Shown: positions 57,691 through 64,000 of the stretch, one piece after another
Position numbering within the stretch: the stretch's first letter is position 1
Layout of the letters: each line of letters begins with the position of its first letter
NCBI RefSeq assembly: GCF_009914755.1
Contig: NC_060936.1
Direction: 5' to 3' (one strand)
Source: the human T2T-CHM13v2.0 reference genome, Homo sapiens
Length of the DNA stretch: 64,000 nt
The notes under the pieces: generated by a model
Databases searched by the model: none
Seen by the model: only the letters and a program-made list of their open reading frames with translations
Told to the model about the DNA's origin: nothing
Made by a program: the position numbers and the translations under genes

Positions 57691-58006
57691 TGAAAAATAA
57701 CTTTCAAAGGCACAAACTTCATGTTAAACCCCACCTTTACCAGCCTGCTAAAAAGAAACTTCAGCATATATTACTAAATATTGCCTTCTCTGTGAATTGA
57801 GAGTTACTTAAGATGTGAAAAAGTCTTTATATACCCCCTTCTATTTCAGAGGTGTGTTGCCCTGAAACAGCCACAGCTACTAACACATCTTGGCATCATA
57901 TAATTAAGAGTGCTTGGTGTGATGTCACCAATCTGCCAACCCAAAGGAGTGTTTTAATTTATGCAAATTAACAAATTTGAGTAGACATATTCCTAATCTA
58001 AGTTAC

Positions 58007-58091
58007 ATGTATTTTGGGATTTGAAGTTTTCAGATTTGGGAGGGATAATAAGGCTCATATGAAGAGTACCAAATAGTATCTCCAGCGAAGT
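58007..58091 (-). pseudogene. Module X candidate C-linker exon (RLRWRYYLVLF*, resembling RV..YY.YLW)
   Basis: ttctgcag| acceptor, |gtaact donor, 85 nt; its end phase does not fit the next exon, so it is tentative. Confidence 0.3.
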
Positions 58092-58780
58092 CTGCAGAAG
58101 CACCCAATAAAACATGATTATGACTACCGTAAAACACATGGATATTTGTAATCGGTGGGATAAATAAAGGTTATTACTGACCCCCATCAATTCAGGACAA
58201 GTTTTTCCCTCAAATAAATTATTTTTAAAAAGTCACTTTCAAGAACTTCTTGGATTTTGGAGTTGAGGTTAATGAATTGTGGACCTGTAATTGTGTGAAC
58301 CAGTAATTATGTGTGAACCAGTAAGTGAGTGTAAGAAGGATACATTGAAAAAAAATCATTTTATTTTAATGTCCTCTTTTCTAGTAAAGAAATCGTTTCT
58401 CCACTTCAAAGAGTTAAAATAATCTTTTGAGAGTTGATCCTAATTGAGACCTCAGCACCTCACCTTCAAAAGGATCCATGTAAGTAGATCAGCACGTGTA
58501 TGTGCTTCCAATGTAGACTCTATGGTAATTTATTGCTTCCAAATTCCATCCAGTTTCTTTTATAATGTTCACAGATTCAGAAGACAGTTCTGCTCACATC
58601 TAAAATAGCGGCCCACCTGTTTCCATTTATCCCCCTTTCATATTAAGGACAACGTAACCCCAAACCTTTATCTTCAACCTTTAAACATTTCACACAGGCC
58701 CATTTGGGAAATTTATTGTTGCCTTAAAGAGACTTGTCTTTTTCATTCAGTGTATCCCACTACAAAAATCAACTCAGTAC

Positions 58781-58862
58781 CTGTTAACCATCTGGTCTCT
58801 GTATATATCAGGCCAAAATTTCCAGATTTTCTTCTTGGAGTTTTCTCTGTAGAAGATGAATC
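58781..58862 (-). pseudogene. Module X exon: C-linker A' region (RFIFYRENSKKKIWKFWPDIYRDQMVN)
   Basis: ttttcacctaatag| acceptor, AG|gtact donor, 82 nt, phase 1-2, open. Confidence 0.55.
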
Positions 58863-59246
58863 CTATTAGGTGAAAAATAATGCTGGAAGAATTGCAAGCC
58901 ATTATTCTGAGCACAAATGACACTTTCCTTAATAAGTGTTCCCAGTCTAAATCAGCTTTGAACTTCAGATCTGCCTGGATTCTGGGGTTTGTTTTCAATA
59001 GTCATAGCCAACATGATGACATCTTTGGCAGAGACTTACATTTTTTAATCAGCAAAACTGTAGTGTATGAAACAAATTCAAATGCTCCTTCCTTTTCCAT
59101 GTCAGAAATTTCCGGAAACCTAACTTAGCGATTCTAGAACAGAGAGAACAAAATTAAATCAGGCTTTATTGTTTCATAACAGCCAGTGTCTACCAGTAAT
59201 TTGAAATCTAACAGGATTTTGTAACAATAAATAGGGAAAGATTTAC

Positions 59247-59307
59247 TTTTTGAGAATGCATAGGATGATATAATAGTGATAGCAAACAATGGTGAGCACT
59301 CAATAAT
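59247..59307 (-). pseudogene. Module X exon: S6 (IIECSPLFAITIISSYAFSK)
   Basis: gctcag| acceptor, |gtaaat donor, 61 nt, phase 0-1, hydrophobic and open. Confidence 0.6.
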
Positions 59308-60562
59308 CTGAGCAAACCATTTTAACAGTTTATGAATGATTGTCTTTTCCTCCAGGTCAATGTTTCTCAAGTCTGTCTTCACATTAGAATCACCTGAGAA
59401 CCTTTTTTAAAATGCCAATGCTCCACTACATAGCAGAAATTAAAACAGAAACTCTAAAAAATGGGTTTCAAACGTCTTTATTTTAAAAGCTCTCTAGATG
59501 ATTTAAATGTGCAGCCAGGTTTGATAACAACTGCTATGAGCTATTCATTCACTTATTCAATCATTCAACAAATATATGTTGCGTACCAACTATGTCCTAG
59601 TCCTTTTCTAGGTACCAAGGATTCAGAACAAACATTCAGAGTGTCTGGAAAATAGTTATTAAAGTTCACAGGTGATATTGGATGGGCCACAAGGGCCATG
59701 TCATGCAAAACATTGAAGAATTTCTGGTTTTATTCTAAGTGAAATGGAAAGCCATCAAGGGGAAGGGGGTTTAGCAAAGGAATGACATGATTTGATTTAT
59801 ATTTTAAAAAGAACATTTTGGCTGTTCCTTGGAGATTTAGATCAAGTCCAAGGACAGAACAAACCACAAGTTTGGGGAGCAAGACAATAGAAGATTTTGG
59901 GAACTTGCTTTTATGATTACCTTTGTCTTAGACCAACAAAGTGATGTGCATGTTGTTTTACAAAGTCATCATTCCTCTGGGCCGCATTTGGATGAATTAC
60001 TCTTTCACCAACCCACTTAGTGACCAACTATGGTTTGAAGGAGACTGCATATGACTTCCTTTGCTACTAGAGAGAACTCACTTTCAGAGTTCAGTACATG
60101 TTTCTCAGCTTGATGATGCATGGCGGAGTGCTTCCCACACTAGGCATTTGCTTAGTAATAGGAGGATAAAAAGAATCTAGGCAATGACTCTTTCCAGCTG
60201 AGACACATATATACCATGTAGAAATGCTAACTCTGCTATAGGCTGCCAAACAGGTGCTCATGTCTACAACCAGGGAAAAAGCTATAGTCTCTAACTAAGA
60301 TCCTATTTGGGTGATAACTAAAATAAGATCCTATGTGTTTATCATAAATTGTAAAGCAAGCATTTTCCCTGCAGTGGGTTTATATGTGAGTCATAGTACA
60401 AATAAAATAAGCCAATGGTTGATGAACTAAATAACTCAATATGTGTTGTGTTGTAACCAGACCGCAACTGAGAGTCAGTAGCAGCAACTAGGGAGGAGGA
60501 AAAAAGCTGGAACTGCAAATCCTAACAACACACAACCCACTCTGTTAGCATCTTTTATTTAC

Positions 60563-60662
60563 CATTGCACAAATTTTTTTCTTCAGTTCAGACTATTCTG
60601 AAATGTGATGCAAACTAATACTGATACCAAGGCCAAGAACGATGAAAGAGTCTAAGATGTTC
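60563..60662 (-). pseudogene. Module X exon: pore helix/filter and start of S6 (NILDSFIVLGLGISISLHHISE*SELKKKICAM)
   Basis: ttatgcag| acceptor, |gtaaat donor, 100 nt, phase 2-0; in-frame TAG at 60593-60595. Confidence 0.6.
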
Positions 60663-62289
60663 CTGCATAAATGGGCAGAAACCAAGTAGTGCAGCATTTC
60701 GGTTGGGTTTTCTCCATTTTAATCAATCAATTTATTAATTTTAGCCAGGAATTGTAAAACAGAATTTTTATAAGATGATATTGAAATACATGCACAAAAG
60801 TAATTTTACCATTTTGAATCAGAAACACAATAGCTGATAAACGCTCTCATTGAAATTGTTGTTTTTATAATGATACTTTTGAGGGTACACGTTTTCTTAG
60901 GAAGCAACCGATTTTATCTTAAAGCAGAATAAAAAGAAAGTGAAAAAATTATTTGAGATTAGGCAAACTGCTGCAAACGTCGATTTAAGCATACTCACTC
61001 TTGAAAATTCATACATTTCCAATCTACTGACAGATAGTAATGACTTTGGTTAGTAATTTACTTATATTTAAAACAGTAATCCCATTTGATAATACAAATG
61101 AATCAGTCATTCAACAAAGAATCACCGGGCGCCAGTGCTAGGCACTGGGACGTACAATGAGTAAGATAGATAGTGTTTCTGTTTATCCAAAGCTTGTTGG
61201 GCTGGGTGTCTGCCTCATTTTCTGTCCCCTCACTATGTTTCATAGCATTTGTCATTACTCAATTTTGTGCATTTATTTATTGTTATTTTCCTCTGTTAGC
61301 CTTGGAGAGGAATCAACTTATTTAATGCTCTTCCATCAGCTCTCAGTCAGTGCCTGACTCATAATTAGCTTTTCTTAAATATCTGCTGAATAAATCAGTG
61401 AATGAATAAACCCAAGATCATATGACTTATAAGTTACAGAACTCAAACCAAGCCCAGATCTCTCTGACAGCAGAGGTCACATTCTTCATTATACACTCCC
61501 CTAATCTTCATGGCTTCTTAAATTATGATACCTTCAAATGAGAAACAGCATATATGTTCTATAGGATGGGTGCCCATTCAATAGAATGGTACAACCAGTA
61601 GAATCAAGTTTTCAAATTACTTTTAATGATGCTAAAAATTGCTGATAACATAATTTTGAGCAGGAAGAAAAGTAGGATACCAACTTGCATACACAACATG
61701 AGAAACATTACTGAAAGAAGATGCCAAAACAAAGCTGAGAGGAAGATGATTAAAATGTTTAAAATAATTAACTCTGGATGATTGGATTGTGATAACTTTT
61801 GCCTTCTTCTTTTTACCTTTTCCTATTTTCTAAATGTTCTATTAAAAACATGTAACTACTTATATAACTATAAAAAAATTTAATACCTAAGTGTAATTTT
61901 TAGTGGAATAGAAGAGGAAAAAAAACCTCACTAGGCAAGACTTTCAGTATCAAAGAAACAGAGGAAACGATTTTCAGAAAATTAATTCAGCTAGCCCTAA
62001 GGCACTGTGGGAGGTAGACACTCTCCAGATGTACTTTTGAAGCTAAATTATAGAAAATCTCTCATGCTGACTGAGTTCAGAATTCATCTCAAAGTAATAG
62101 GGAGCCATTGAGGGTGGTTGAGATGATGGGGAAATGTTGTCAAATGCTCAAAGCCTAAGTAATTGTGAGAAAAGTGGCAAAACAAGAACACTAATCAACC
62201 ACCATGCTAATGATTCCTCCTCATTGATAGGTCTTCGGATTTAACATTCCATATCCAGATGTCATAGATCCACACAAGCATAGATTTAC

Positions 62290-62358
62290 TTGCCAAAAGC
62301 TGTGTTTTGCTCGAAATTTTTTGCCACTGCAAATATGTCAGTGTCCCCTCTGAAACAC
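62290..62358 (-). pseudogene. Module X exon: S5-pore linker (RCFRGDTDIFAVAKNFEQNTAFGK)
   Basis: ttgatag| acceptor, |gtaaat donor, 69 nt, phase 2-2, open and phase-compatible with the next exon. Confidence 0.6.
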
Positions 62359-64000
62359 CTATCAAAAGAGTCTGACCTTAAAAATATAACAAATGAAAAA
62401 CCTTTTCTCAAAATGTAGAGTTCAACTAGGCATTAGTTTTCTGTTTCTAGTATTTCTATTTGTTTCTTCTAATATGAAATTCATGATAGAGGATTGGCAT
62501 ATAATGTAAGAGTATCTTTATTATTCATTTGAATTTCTTTTGTAAAAATTCTGTTTTGTGAGGTTTTCATGCCAGGTATTTTCCATTTTACTTTCTTTTT
62601 CCCTTTGGTATGAAATAAAATTTTTCTAGCACTACATCTGGAAGCCAGTCAGCCAAGGGAATCAAAGGGGACAAAAGGAATAGACATGTTCCCATTAATA
62701 TACATACTTACGAGATTAGTAGAGTGATTGGTCAAACATTTATCTTTTATTTTCTGCAGAGATAGACATCTGTAGAAATTTTTAAAAGTTAAGCATATAA
62801 TAGAACCCTTTTCTAAGCAGGGATTCAAAAGCCTCATGAAATTTTCTACGTTTTTTAACTCTGAAAAGGAAATACTTAATATGTGCACCAATGTATGTAA
62901 AAATCATGTGTCCACCATTTCTACCATGAAAACTCATACTTGTTCTTCCCTATTTACCTTAAATGTCAATTTTTTGGTGAGGTCTACTATATTTGAATCT
63001 TTTTTATTTCAAGGGAAAGAAACCAAACTCGAACTAGCTTAAGGAAAAAAAAAAGGCTCATATAAATTAAATTGAAGTTTTGACTTATATCCTCCAAGCT
63101 TAGCAACCACAGCAGAAAGAGTGCAACTTTTTCATCACAATTCCACCAAGAATCCTAGATTTACCTTTCACAGGACTAGGTTGAGTATTATGCCTATCTC
63201 TGGGCTCATCACTGCGGTTGGGGCATGTAATGCTCTAATTGGTCTGAAGGGATACTGTCTCAGCAGTCAAGTGGGAAATCAGTTCTGGACAGAGAAAATA
63301 ACAGGAGGAAAGGTCAAAGGCTTAGAATCAAAAGAGCATGGAGTGTCTGGGGAATTACAAAGTATATTGTTAAGGAAAAACATTTAGAAAGGGGGGAAAT
63401 GCAGAGATGAGGCAGCAGAGTTAGCCTGCGACTGGATGATGAAAGACCAGGAATGTCGTGCTTAAGAGTTTGGTGATTATCCTGAAATTAGGAGGGCAGC
63501 AGTTGAAGGATTTAAAGCTAGGGACTAATATGGTTATATTTGCATCATTAGTTAGATAATTCTTTTTGTTTGTTTGTTTTTTATTTTTTAGTTAGATAAT
63601 TCTTAAAGCCAAGTGAAAGATGGATTGGAAAAAGGAAAGTCTATACTGCATAAAATTTGGATCTATATTAGAGCAGTTATACTATTAAATTGTAACAATT
63701 GTTCATATGCCTGCTTTCCACACTTGACCCCCTGCTCCTCAAGGGCAGAGGAATTTTTTTTTTAATTCATCTATATAGTCCTATTCTGTCACTTAGATGC
63801 CAAACAAAACTCAATAAAATAAAATTACTTTTCAGTAAAATGACCAGAAGTTTTCTATATAAATCAGAAATGAAGGGAAAAGATATTACTGCAAATTCTA
63901 TGTTTTAAAAATTCTATGAAAAAAGGCATAAAATATTAATCTAGGATTAGTTTGAGACATTAAAATGTACTGAACAATTACATACACACTTTTTCTCTGG

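Noticed and set aside
62850-62960. Possible S5 exon of module X (FLHTLVHILSISF)
   Set aside because: Position fits, but boundaries and motif are too weak to call

Overview
Primate (human-like) genomic DNA: AT-rich, CpG-poor, with about 10 Alus, MaLR/ERV solo LTRs, L1/L2/MIR fragments and hAT/TcMar DNA transposons. The ORF track shows no intact protein-coding gene; its long ORFs are Alu or microsatellite artefacts. Hand translation of the unique sequence between repeats suggests a minus-strand, multi-exon, heavily decayed gene spanning about 62.4 kb to 3.3 kb. Roughly 25 exon-like segments, many bounded by AG/GT, read as collinear repeats of an S1-S6 + pore + C-linker + cyclic-nucleotide-binding-domain (CNBD) module. 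This is the architecture of the multi-repeat sperm K+ channel CNGK/tetraKCNG of sea urchin and zebrafish. I count four apparently complete modules (Y, Z, W, V) plus the C-terminal half of a fifth (X) upstream. Stops, frameshifts, degenerate pore motifs and an ERV LTR inside an exon indicate a unitary pseudogene. All protein assignments are by-eye motif matches, not database searches; single exons are uncertain, and the main support is their shared strand, order and splice phase.
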